Of a stretch of 56,756 bases of DNA, positions 47,530-56,008 are shown piece after piece. The stretch's first letter is position 1; every line of letters begins with the position of its first letter. The notes under the pieces are model-generated. The model searched no databases and was not told the DNA's origin. It was given only the letters and a program-made list of their open reading frames with translations. Both the position numbers and the translations under genes were made by a program. The DNA is from a virus (Duplodnaviria > Caudoviricetes). The stretch spans positions 1-56,756 of the IMG/VR virus record IMGVR_UViG_3300049926_000118. The stretch is one strand, 5' to 3'.

Positions 47530-47629
47530 GTTATTGAATAAATTATTACTTAATTTACGATTATACACTATATAGTGGGTGAAGTGTGTAAAAATAAGTT
47601 CTAATACTAGATATAGTATTATACCCAAG

Positions 47630-47666
47630 GAAAAAGGGAGGGTACAAAATGTGCCCTCCCTTTTTC
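47630..47666. terminator. Bidirectional intrinsic terminator-like hairpin
   Basis: gaaaaagggagggtaca-aaa-tgtgccctccctttttc. Confidence 0.7.
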
Positions 47667-47784
47667 TTTAAAAATATTTTCATTTATTTTTAAAATACCT
47701 ATTGACACTGTCCTTGATGTAGGATAATGTGAACTTGGAGTTGCGAATGTTTGCATTCATTAATATATAAAAATAGGAAATAAT

Positions 47785-48300
47785 ATGAAAAAAGAAACAC
47801 TAGAAAAAATAAACCCTATCCTCAATAAGCATTTTAATAAATTAAATGAAATAGCTATTACAGCAATCAGTGATGAAGATAAAAAGCAATTAATCGATGA
47901 TATAAGAAATGATCTTGATTATGATAAAAATAAGCTGTCGGATATCGACTTATTAAACATAGGTATTGGACCATATGCAGCAGGTTTAATAGTAGATTTA
48001 AACAAAGAAGCCTTTGAAATCTTAGTAAGAGGGGTGGATATCAGGCTTTATTATAAAACACCTAAAATTAATTACACCTTTATGACTAATGCTGCTAAGT
48101 ATGGTTGTTATTATAAGGTTGAGTCATTAATAAAGAATCATGTATGTTCACCTAAGGATATTAGTGCAGCATTAACTCATATTATGTATGTAAATTCAGG
48201 AGTTGGAGGAGGATTACCACCTTATAAAAAGATCATCGAGCTATTAAAAGATAGCTACTATTTTTGTTATGACGAAGAAAATAAAAGATATTATATATAA
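47785..48300 (+). CDS. Hypothetical protein, possible degenerate ankyrin-like repeat
   Basis: TFMTNAAKYGCYYKVESLIK resembles an ankyrin helix pair; AGGA RBS. Confidence 0.5.
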   Translation: MKKETLEKINPILNKHFNKLNEIAITAISDEDKKQLIDDIRNDLDYDKNKLSDIDLLNIGIGPYAAGLIVDLNKEAFEILVRGVDIRLYYKTPKINYTFMTNAAKYGCYYKVESLIKNHVCSPKDISAALTHIMYVNSGVGGGLPPYKKIIELLKDSYYFCYDEENKRYYI

Positions 48301-48444
48301 AGAGTTGTAAACAGTTGCCTTAAGCTAGGACTCAGTATATCGCAATATCTAAGACACCCCGCATGGAGCGGACGTTCACTTAAGGCATGTATATACTATA
48401 CCTCAAGACTTTTCATTAATCTACTTGGTATTTTATCATCCATA

Positions 48445-48861
48445 TCAAAAGGGTATTTCATCGTCATTAAGATCATGATGAAATACAGCTGCCTTAGGCG
48501 CAGGTTTGATATCCTCTTTGCTTTCTGTGAATGCTAATATTCTAGGGAATCCATTGATACTTACTTTAAATGACGCAGCCGGTTTCCCTTCTTTGTCAAT
48601 GTAAGCATCGCAACGGGGAATTCCCTCAAGATAAAGTGGCATTCCTTTTTTGATATATTGTTTTATATAATTAGCAACAGACTCAATTCCTGTTTGGCAC
48701 TCATACCATGTCGTAGTTTTTATTTCTTCATTAGTGTTTTTATCTTTCCTTTTAGTTGTTACCGATAATGAAAAGGTAACAAAGTTCGGATTGTTTGATG
48801 ATGGTGCAATAGGATCTTTCCCCACATAACCAAAAAGCTCTATTTTTGCAGATGTTATCAT
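48445..48861 (-). CDS. ssb: Single-stranded DNA-binding protein
   Basis: L.G.VGKDP, FSL.VT, TTWY, KKG..LYLEG, C-terminal DDEIPF. Confidence 0.92.
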   Translation of the reverse strand: MITSAKIELFGYVGKDPIAPSSNNPNFVTFSLSVTTKRKDKNTNEEIKTTTWYECQTGIESVANYIKQYIKKGMPLYLEGIPRCDAYIDKEGKPAASFKVSINGFPRILAFTESKEDIKPAPKAAVFHHDLNDDEIPF

Positions 48862-50621
48862 TTTACCTCTTCGATATTTATTGGTTGTTTCATTAATCTG
48901 TTTATGGTTTCTTCGTCCAATCTTTTAAATTTTCCTATTCCTGATTCGTATAAAATTGGTTTCTCACAATTATTCTCGTAAATGAGCTCAACATTTATTT
49001 TTAGCTGTTTTACAGCTTCTTCTATCAAGTTAGAATAGTTGCTATCTACCCAATCAATCATAAATTTAGTTCCAGTGAAAAGCAGTTTATTAGACCCTAT
49101 GTTTTGAGAAGGTTTTAATTTAGCAAACCAACTTGATAGCACAAGGTTAGCATCTTTATCAGATCTAAAATGTTTTTGGGCGAATTCTTTAAATTGTTTC
49201 CATAACTCGTTTTCATCGGAATCGTAATATTTCTCTTTAGCCGCTACAATTGCAACCTTTTCTCCGTAAACTTCTCTTATGCATGTTCGCAATAGTCCCT
49301 TGTCGGCTTCTTCAATTAATTCGCCAAATTTTGTTTTAACTTCGATAGCTCCATGGGGATACAATCTTCTATTCCATTCCGGTAATTTTTTTATACTACA
49401 ATTTTTGATTATCTCTTGCCCTTTGACGGTGCCGAATTTTTGTAAAATTACAGTATCTAGGTTATTATTTTGCATTTTTATTTCCGATTTTTCTGGAATT
49501 AATACGAGTTTTTCTACGTCTTCTACAGGATGACTAGCTTTGATTTGGTTTAAAACAATCTCAAGCTCAAGAGGTGTTAACTCCACCATTCTTCGCAAGT
49601 AAAGTTTTGCTAATCGATCTTTAATAACTAATGATTTGTAAGAAGTGAGCAAGTTATAAGCCTTTTTTTCCTCAAGTACACAAGCTAGTTTTTTCTTGAA
49701 ATGTAACTCGGGAGATACTTCAAGGGAGTATTCTACTTTCTCAAGATATTTGAATATTCGCCGATTTTCCTTATCTTCGTCCGTTAGATTTGCTTTGATT
49801 CTAAATGTTTCGTTATTAGTTTTTACTGCATCTCTCATTTCCTTTTTATATGCTATGGTCATATAGCTAAGAAAACCTTTTTTGCTATAAAAAACAGCTG
49901 AGCTATCTCGTGACATATCGAGTAATATCTGGTTTTGAATATTTAAATTGAACGGACGCCCCGATAAAGTTTTAAATCTATCTGCATCTTCTGGTGATAA
50001 TGGATAAAAATCTTTTAAACTTTTTCCTAAAAAATTAGATTTTTGAGATTCTTCCACAAGAGGAATATTTTCAACTATTTCGATAGATCTATCTTTAAGG
50101 TTTTCTAAAGGGTTTTCTTCTTCTATATATAAGGGGGCGTTCTTTTTAGGACGGCTAGGCGTTCTTTTTAGGACGCTTACCCGTTCTTTCTCCATACTTT
50201 GAGATGAATAAAATAACTTAGGATCTTCTAAAATAATTTCAGTATTTTGGGTGAATTCTATAGTAAATCCATCTCGGTACTTTCTTCCTTCAATTATGAT
50301 AGATTGATGATATTGGATATTAAATAAATCTCTTAACTCGTTATGAGTTCTCTTATTTTGACTGATGCCAACTTCAGTAAGATCATAAATATCCTTATGA
50401 TCTTTAAATATAATGCCATTGAGACTATTACTAATCATATTATAGTAATTAGCTAATAAGATACGGGCTACTCTTGATAATGGTTTATTAGAATCATTTG
50501 CACGTAGGATATATCTAAAATCCCTAGAGATTATATCAAACTTACTCTTCTGCTCGCCTGTCTTCTTGTTGATATAGTGAATATTGTTGTATTCCGGTCT
50601 AATTTTAATTGTCTTACTCAT
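48858..50621 (-). CDS. Replication initiator with C-terminal DnaA_N-like domain (Rickettsia-plasmid type)
   Basis: L.DFYPL..ED...F..LSGR.F.LN..NQIL, F.SK..F.SYM core; C-terminal W..F......SWF..L...F..DWV..NY...I; coupled to ssb; internal direct repeats. Confidence 0.7.
   Translation of the reverse strand: MSKTIKIRPEYNNIHYINKKTGEQKSKFDIISRDFRYILRANDSNKPLSRVARILLANYYNMISNSLNGIIFKDHKDIYDLTEVGISQNKRTHNELRDLFNIQYHQSIIIEGRKYRDGFTIEFTQNTEIILEDPKLFYSSQSMEKERVSVLKRTPSRPKKNAPLYIEEENPLENLKDRSIEIVENIPLVEESQKSNFLGKSLKDFYPLSPEDADRFKTLSGRPFNLNIQNQILLDMSRDSSAVFYSKKGFLSYMTIAYKKEMRDAVKTNNETFRIKANLTDEDKENRRIFKYLEKVEYSLEVSPELHFKKKLACVLEEKKAYNLLTSYKSLVIKDRLAKLYLRRMVELTPLELEIVLNQIKASHPVEDVEKLVLIPEKSEIKMQNNNLDTVILQKFGTVKGQEIIKNCSIKKLPEWNRRLYPHGAIEVKTKFGELIEEADKGLLRTCIREVYGEKVAIVAAKEKYYDSDENELWKQFKEFAQKHFRSDKDANLVLSSWFAKLKPSQNIGSNKLLFTGTKFMIDWVDSNYSNLIEEAVKQLKINVELIYENNCEKPILYESGIGKFKRLDEETINRLMKQPINIEEVK
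50136..50175. repeat. Intragenic iteron-like repeats (candidate origin)
   Basis: ggcgttctttttaggacg at 50136-50153 and 50158-50175 (22-bp period), partial third at 50181. Confidence 0.7.
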
Positions 50622-50670
50622 TTTAATTCCTACTCTTTTTTAAAATTTTTAATTAGGTATAAAAAAGTGA

Positions 50671-50765
50671 TTGACAATTTGACGCACAAAAACTATTCTG
50701 AAGTCGGACTTGCTTTAGTTTTTGGGGGATTTCTGGTGCGTCAAAAAATCCCTTCACTTTTCTTT
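50671..50765 (+). ncRNA. Candidate counter-transcribed antisense RNA with its promoter
   Basis: TTGACA-17-TATTCT (50671-50699), hairpin gggattt...aaatccc, then T-rich tail; antisense to initiator leader. Confidence 0.5.
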
Positions 50766-51035
50766 CTTATTTCTTTTTCTTATTTCCTTTTCTTTTTCAA
50801 TAGCAGATCTCAAGTTTTTTCTGCACATCGATGTCTCTTCTATTGAATCCGACAAAAGAAACAATACCGTACGACACTTCTTACTACAGACTTCTAGTTG
50901 CTCGGTTAATCTCTTACTATTCTCAGTCATAGGTTGGTTACGTTCGTCTTTAAAAAATCTCAAATCATCATCTATCGTAAGCCATGTACAGGCACTTGAG
51001 ATAAATTTGCGCATGTCTTCAATTGTTAAGTGCAT
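50754..51035 (-). CDS. Hypothetical protein
   Basis: 93 aa, AAGGAG RBS, overlapping operon. Confidence 0.55.
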   Translation of the reverse strand: MHLTIEDMRKFISSACTWLTIDDDLRFFKDERNQPMTENSKRLTEQLEVCSKKCRTVLFLLSDSIEETSMCRKNLRSAIEKEKEIRKRNKKEK

Positions 51036-51204
51036 TTTGCTCCTTCAACTTATCAATTAGATCAAGTAATGTAGTAAACTCACTTTTAAAAGCAGCTGAT
51101 CCCATAAAAGCAGGGTATCTTCCCTTACTCATTCTTTTTATTCTTGTAGCTACTGTTAATAAGTCGGTGATATCTAATTTTTCCTGCATTTCAATTTTCT
51201 TCAT
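51019..51204 (-). CDS. Hypothetical protein
   Basis: 61 aa, overlapping operon. Confidence 0.45.
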   Translation of the reverse strand: MKKIEMQEKLDITDLLTVATRIKRMSKGRYPAFMGSAAFKSEFTTLLDLIDKLKEQNALNN

Positions 51205-51478
51205 TGTTTTTATCTTGCAAGCCGCATCTTTTCTTGATGTCAGAAATTGCGCTTTGAATTATTTTTACATATCTTTTCTTCGAGAGAAGTTCTAGGCTAT
51301 CCAAGTTCCTTTCTAGAGATGTTATCATTTCCACTTCCTCCCATCCGATTACTCGAATGTCTTTGTCGTCTCCATCCTTATCATCAAAGTAAAAATCATC
51401 ATTTATTTGTTCTAACAAAGTGCGTATAGCTGCTATTTTTTTATCGTGTTCAAGGATATCGTCAAGATTTTCTAGCAT
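51191..51478 (-). CDS. Hypothetical acidic protein
   Basis: 95 aa, GGAGG RBS. Confidence 0.55.
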   Translation of the reverse strand: MLENLDDILEHDKKIAAIRTLLEQINDDFYFDDKDGDDKDIRVIGWEEVEMITSLERNLDSLELLSKKRYVKIIQSAISDIKKRCGLQDKNNEEN

Positions 51479-51617
51479 TTTTTATCCTCCATCATAAATT
51501 CCAATTCGTCTAATAGTTCAATAATTGAGTTTACGCATTCGTACGCTTCTTCATGTTCATGATCGATACCCTCTTTTATTGCTCCTAGTAAACTGATCGC
51601 AGTTTCAATTTTTTCTT

Positions 51618-51950
51618 TCATATGATGCCTTTTAATTCTTTAAACCAAAAATCATGAGTTAATTCGATGTAAAAACTATTATCATTTAGTCTGTTACCTC
51701 TCGTCAGTAGTTTAAATCTCTCGAGTTCAACCAAAGCTTTTCTAATACTTTCATAACCATAACTAAGTTTATTTTTTAAATACTTATAGCTAACTAATAA
51801 TGTTGTTTCATCCTCCTCAAGAGACATTTTTATTAATTCTCGATATAAACAAATAGCTCTTTCGCTTTCTAATTCTTTTAAAAGTGCAGCAATTATCAAA
51901 TAATTACTAAATATTGTGTTCAGTTTTAAAAAAGCATCTTGTGTTGCCAT
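51618..51950 (-). CDS. Winged-HTH protein
   Basis: VSYKYL...L....ESIRKALVELE...LL.R pattern typical of replication-protein HTHs. Confidence 0.6.
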   Translation of the reverse strand: MATQDAFLKLNTIFSNYLIIAALLKELESERAICLYRELIKMSLEEDETTLLVSYKYLKNKLSYGYESIRKALVELERFKLLTRGNRLNDNSFYIELTHDFWFKELKGII

Positions 51951-52072
51951 AAAAAATCTGTTAATTTATATTATAACTCCACTAAAATAATACCGCTTGA
52001 CAACGTTAAACGGCTATCTTATTGGAGTTTAGACCAAAAAAAAGGGTGGAAATCTCGAAAAAGATTAAAATC

Positions 52073-52144
52073 ATTTTTTTGTCTCTAACAATTTTTTTGT
52101 CTCTAACAATTTTTTTGTGTCGAACAATTTTTTTGTGTCGAACA
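52073..52144. repeat. Four 18-bp tandem repeats
   Basis: atttttttgtctctaaca x2 then atttttttgtgtcgaaca x2. Confidence 0.92.
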
Positions 52145-52235
52145 AAGTAAAAAAGGGTGTGGCGCATAAAATTGTTTTCTTTTAGTTTTAGATGTGCTTT
52201 GGTGGCGTTGATCTAAAACGGTTATTAAAAAAATT

Positions 52236-52267
52236 AGATGCCTACTTCATGTAGGCATCTTTTTTTT
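52236..52267 (+). terminator. Intrinsic terminator (possibly bidirectional)
   Basis: agatgcctac-ttcat-gtaggcatct followed by T-run. Confidence 0.75.
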
Positions 52268-52415
52268 ATTTCAAATGATATTATTGAAAATTATTTAAGA
52301 TAGCAAGTTGATTTTTTAACCATTGAAATATAAATAGAATCAGTATGAAAAAATTATATTGATATTTTTTATAAAATGGCAGATTGTTATGTATGCTCAA
52401 TCAACTTAAAATTAA

Positions 52416-52865
52416 TTGTATATTATGTTTAAAATATTCCAAAAAAATGTAGAAAACAAAGAAAAATCTAAAGTAAAAAGCTCACCTAATGAGATTGATA
52501 AGGAAGTCAGTAAAAACTTAAAATCTAGAAGAATATTGTTGGGTTTGATCCAAAAAGATATAGCTAAGGAGGTTGGTGTAACTATCCAACAAGTACAAAA
52601 ATATGAAAAGGGAATAAATAGAATTGCAGCTGGAACATTATTCGGATTAGCCCAATTTTTAAAGGTGCCAATTGATTACTTCTACCAACAAAGCGATAAG
52701 GGGCTCATAGGAGGCGATAATTTTTCTTCGGAGGGGGGGGGGGTGCCTTGCGAACATTCTTCTTCTAGTAACGCGCAAACAATTACATTAGTAAGGGAAT
52801 TTAGAAAGATAAAAAATCCACGAGATAGAAGAAAAGTTATAGACATGATAAAAATGGTAAATTGA
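52416..52865 (+). CDS. XRE-family HTH regulator (candidate repressor)
   Basis: PNEID..V...LK.RR...G..Q...A..VGVT.QQVQKYEKG.NRI; divergent from replication operon. Confidence 0.88.
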   Translation: MYIMFKIFQKNVENKEKSKVKSSPNEIDKEVSKNLKSRRILLGLIQKDIAKEVGVTIQQVQKYEKGINRIAAGTLFGLAQFLKVPIDYFYQQSDKGLIGGDNFSSEGGGVPCEHSSSSNAQTITLVREFRKIKNPRDRRKVIDMIKMVN

Positions 52866-52874
52866 TCTATCTTT

Positions 52875-53525
52875 TTACGAATGAAAAGTTACATCAGTTT
52901 CATGATGCTGCCCTACTACTTCAATAGGAACTTCTTCGATCGTAGTAGATAATATAGGAGCTTCGTCTTTTTGCTCTTGTAGTTCTTTTATTACCATATC
53001 TTTGAAAGGGGGCAGTGGTGATGGTTCAGCAATTCTAGCTAGCGTTAAAATTCCTTCGCCAAATAAAAAATCTATATAGCCATTTAGATCTAGATCCAAG
53101 CTGGAAACATGAATTTTAACTTTTCCCATTTGAAAACTCTCGACAAAAGCCAATTTTTTAATAAATAAAATTGCTAAACGTGGGGGGGATTCCACCACAT
53201 ATCCAAAATCCTCAGTATCCTGGCAACCAATAATGCCGGAAAAATTTGCATAATAACCCGTTTTTCCATTGTAGTGATATCCGTGAGGAGTATTTACTCT
53301 TACAATCCCTGAATAAAGATCTAAATCTAATTGATTATTTCCTTTATCAAATATCAACTTTATTGCTTCAGAAGAAAACCTAACAAAAATAGCTCCTCCC
53401 TCCACCATTGAATCGTTTATCCTAATTGTCCCTTTAATAAGATCAATCAAATCTACTAGGGAAACTTTTTTGCCCTGGGTAGCAATATGTGCATAGTGAT
53501 ATTTTATTTCCATTGATTTAGACAT
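52875..53525 (-). CDS. Hypothetical protein with acidic C-terminal tail
   Basis: 216 aa, GGAGG RBS. Confidence 0.6.
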   Translation of the reverse strand: MSKSMEIKYHYAHIATQGKKVSLVDLIDLIKGTIRINDSMVEGGAIFVRFSSEAIKLIFDKGNNQLDLDLYSGIVRVNTPHGYHYNGKTGYYANFSGIIGCQDTEDFGYVVESPPRLAILFIKKLAFVESFQMGKVKIHVSSLDLDLNGYIDFLFGEGILTLARIAEPSPLPPFKDMVIKELQEQKDEAPILSTTIEEVPIEVVGQHHETDVTFHS

Positions 53526-53586
53526 AATTTATCCTCCATTCTTTATAACATCTAACATCATTATTTTATTCTGTGCAACCATTAAT

Positions 53587-54459
53587 TTATAATAATCCTA
53601 ATCCATTTATTGCATCTGTTACGGATTTAAAACCATTGAAAGGCGGAAGCTCATGCGTAATATTCTTCTTAGGTTTAACATAAATATTGCTCGAAATTCC
53701 AGTTTTTGGATTAATTACTCGCTGAACTATAGTTTTTTTGAATGAAAACTCAATAGTTAATACTTTACGTCCTTCCTTAAATTCCTTGAAGGTTAGACCA
53801 TAATCATAAATTTTATTTATTTCTTGACGGGCGTGCTCAAAGGTTCTTCTTTTAAAGTCTTTATATTCCTTCAATTTATCTCCAACCGCAAATATTTCTC
53901 TTAGTTCTTCAACTGATTTTCTTATCCAACCCGTTTCTTTGAATTCTTGGATTAATTCATATAAACGGGTAGTATATAAGCTATGAAAGCCGCTTACTTC
54001 TTTTAGGTTATATAATACGAATTTTTGTTTAGCTTCTTGTGCTAGATAAGGCATTATATCATCGGTGAACTTTATAGTTATACGACCTTCCTTTTCGCAG
54101 TATTTTGCTGTGGAACATACATTAACTTCCAAAATTTCATCTAATTCAATTTTGTTCAAGAAGATACTAGTTTTCATCAGCTTCTTACATGCCTTCTTTA
54201 ACAAACCATAACTATCTGATATAGGAACATCAAACATCTGGCTAAACTCTTTTGCGGTCAATACATGTTCTCTCTGTAATTGCTCCGGCTGTAGATATTT
54301 ACCATATCCATCAACTCCACCTACCTTAGTCACCAAATGCAAAAATACTTTATAGTCAGAGTGAGTAAGATCGCCAAAGTTAGCATTATTCAGCTTCTTA
54401 TCTTTATAGACTTTTGGTGTTTTAGAATTTAAAACCGGAAGGAAGTTACTTTTTTTCAT
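53587..54459 (-). CDS. Plasmid replication initiator, Rep_3 (RepB) family
   Basis: Y..LK.A...LM, I.FT..IMPYL, Y.L.E...F.S.YT.RLYEL, FK.R....A..EIN, K.GRKV..I.F; iterons upstream. Confidence 0.9.
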   Translation of the reverse strand: MKKSNFLPVLNSKTPKVYKDKKLNNANFGDLTHSDYKVFLHLVTKVGGVDGYGKYLQPEQLQREHVLTAKEFSQMFDVPISDSYGLLKKACKKLMKTSIFLNKIELDEILEVNVCSTAKYCEKEGRITIKFTDDIMPYLAQEAKQKFVLYNLKEVSGFHSLYTTRLYELIQEFKETGWIRKSVEELREIFAVGDKLKEYKDFKRRTFEHARQEINKIYDYGLTFKEFKEGRKVLTIEFSFKKTIVQRVINPKTGISSNIYVKPKKNITHELPPFNGFKSVTDAINGLGLL

Positions 54460-54541
54460 TATTTAATCTTGATATATCTAATAGCGTCAAATTATCTTCC
54501 ATCACTTTTAATGTCAATGGTTATTTTTGAGAAATTTTCTA

Positions 54542-54824
54542 TGTGAATAACCTAACCTTTTCGAATAGGAAAAAGTCCTATTTTAGGTGGAAAAAAGTCC
54601 CATTTTAGATTATGCATAATTTTACTATTTACATTCCTTATATCTTATGACTTCTAAGGCAAAATTTTGCTATATTTCTTAGGTGGAAAAAAGTCCCAGT
54701 TAGGTAGGAAAAAGTCCCATTTACCACCCAGAATACCTTATACCATAAGCCCTGCAAGGCGCCTATAAATACTTATAAAACTATATATAAAAGATATATG
54801 AAAGGGATAACTTTGGTGGATAAC
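54542..54824. repeat. Plasmid origin: four iterons plus DnaA-box-like sites
   Basis: ttaggt(g/a)g(a/g)aaaaagtccca at 54583, 54679, 54700 and partial at 54566; tgtgaataa 54542 and ggtggataa near 54816; AT-rich tract. Confidence 0.8.
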
Positions 54825-54901
54825 TAAAAATCTAGAAACATTTATTAAAATCCGCTAAGGTATAGATTAGGTCTTAAGTGATCATTCAAGAGGAGAAGTA
54901 T

Positions 54902-55156
54902 ATGTTAATTGATACACTTGATGCAGTAAAGAAGTTACGTGCAGCTAATATTCCTGAAGAACAAGCAGAAGCGATTACTAGCATCATTGCCAATATAGAT
55001 GATACAGTTGCTACGAAAGCAGATATTAAAATGCTAGAAACCAAGATTGATACAGATATTAAGATGCTAGAAACCAAGATTGATATTCAAACATCGTGGT
55101 TAATTAGATCCGCATTTGTGATTATCGGGCTCTTGATAAAAATAGCCTTTTTTTAA
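54902..55156 (+). CDS. DUF1640/CCDC90-like protein
   Basis: IDTL..VKKL..A..PEEQAEAI, VATKADI, DIKMLETKID x2 (33-bp repeat 55021-55086), C-terminal TM; start at ATG 54902 after GAGGAG. Confidence 0.8.
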   Translation: MLIDTLDAVKKLRAANIPEEQAEAITSIIANIDDTVATKADIKMLETKIDTDIKMLETKIDIQTSWLIRSAFVIIGLLIKIAFF

Positions 55157-55245
55157 GATTTGGTTTAATTTGTGAGAGAAAATGAAAAAAGAAAAAAAAT
55201 GTTATACGCTAGTGGAAAAAAACAAGTTTCAGTTAGAAGTCTTAT

Positions 55246-55383
55246 ATGATAGAGTTACAAGAAGATATTGAGGATTACAATGATGCCGTTAGGATCTCAA
55301 CAATGAATAACCACTCTCTTTCTTTGGAACAAGTGATTAAAGATTTAGGGTTAAAAGACGAATTGGACAATTGGAATAGGTGA
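55246..55383 (+). CDS. Mini-protein resembling C-terminal half of RelB/DUF6290-type antitoxin (not in ORF track)
   Basis: 45 aa MIELQEDIEDYNDAVRISTMNNHSLSLEQVIKDLGLKDELDNWNR; ED.EDY..A and SLE.V.K.LGL motifs. Confidence 0.55.
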   Translation: MIELQEDIEDYNDAVRISTMNNHSLSLEQVIKDLGLKDELDNWNR

Positions 55384-55601
55384 TAACTGTGAAAAATATT
55401 GAGGAAACTTTATTTGTGGCGTCTAATAGGAAGCTAAGCGAGTCACTCATTGAAGGACTGAATACACCTTATGAAGAATGCACGACAATTTCTATCAAAA
55501 ATTCCAATAGACTAGGAATATTTAAAAATAAAATCAAAGTGGCTGATGACTTTGACGAATGGCCAGATGATATAACTACAATTTTAGGGGTTGAAGATTA
55601 A
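55380..55601 (+). CDS. Fusion of YefM/Phd-like and VapB/DUF2281-like antitoxin C-termini
   Basis: IEETLF......ES..EGL.TP.EEC followed by R.G.FK.KIK.ADDFDE.P; GTGA overlap with upstream stop. Confidence 0.6.
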   Translation: MITVKNIEETLFVASNRKLSESLIEGLNTPYEECTTISIKNSNRLGIFKNKIKVADDFDEWPDDITTILGVED

Positions 55602-55604
55602 ATT

Positions 55605-55733
55605 ATGAAAAAGGGTTACTCTATCGAGTGGGATGAGTTTAAAAAAGCATTAGACGATGATCCCAAAATGCAAGAAATAATAAAAACTATTTTGAAACAT
55701 GAGACAAAAAATGAAAGTAACCAAAAAATGTAA
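55605..55733 (+). CDS. Mini-protein resembling N-terminal arm of HigA-like antitoxin (not in ORF track)
   Basis: 42 aa MKKGYSIEWDEFKKALDDDPKMQEII...; WDEFKK.L..DP motif, no HTH. Confidence 0.4.
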   Translation: MKKGYSIEWDEFKKALDDDPKMQEIIKTILKHETKNESNQKM

Positions 55734-55872
55734 ACTATGCCTTAAGTATAGTGGATATAATAAAGATACTTTAAAAGCCATAGAAGAATCAAGGCAAGGA
55801 ATAGATATTAAGGCATTTTCCTCAATTGAAAAAATGTTTAAGGAATTAAATAGCAATGAGGAAGGCATCTAA
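55711..55872 (+). CDS. Mini-protein resembling C-terminal half of DinJ/RelB antitoxin (not in ORF track)
   Basis: 53 aa ...YNKDTLKAIEESRQGIDIKAFSSIEKMFKELN; N.(D/E)T..AIEE...G.....F.S...MF.EL motif. Confidence 0.6.
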   Translation: MKVTKKCKLCLKYSGYNKDTLKAIEESRQGIDIKAFSSIEKMFKELNSNEEGI

Positions 55873-55936
55873 CAAAGTAATACACTGTTACAGCTACATA
55901 TAACTAACTTCTTTTATTAATTTTTGTTCTGAATGA

Positions 55937-55993
55937 AGTCAATACTTATATTGACTATTTTACAGAATTAGTCAATACTTATATTGACTAATT
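55937..55993. promoter_or_regulatory. Two identical palindromic operators
   Basis: AGTCAATA-CTTA-TATTGACT at 55937-55956 and 55970-55989, directly upstream of HTH gene. Confidence 0.8.
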
Positions 55994-56008
55994 TAGAAAG
56001 GGTTTTAT

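Noticed and set aside
48316-48387. Structured RNA (tgccttaag/cttaaggca enclosing a small GC hairpin)
   Set aside because: Single copy between convergent genes with short stems; may be chance or a terminator
52073-52144. CRISPR array
   Set aside because: Repeats are contiguous 18-mers with no spacers and no cas genes
55182-55271. Additional antitoxin fragments (29-aa ORF at 55182, 16-aa ORF at 55199)
   Set aside because: No recognisable motif; too short to support
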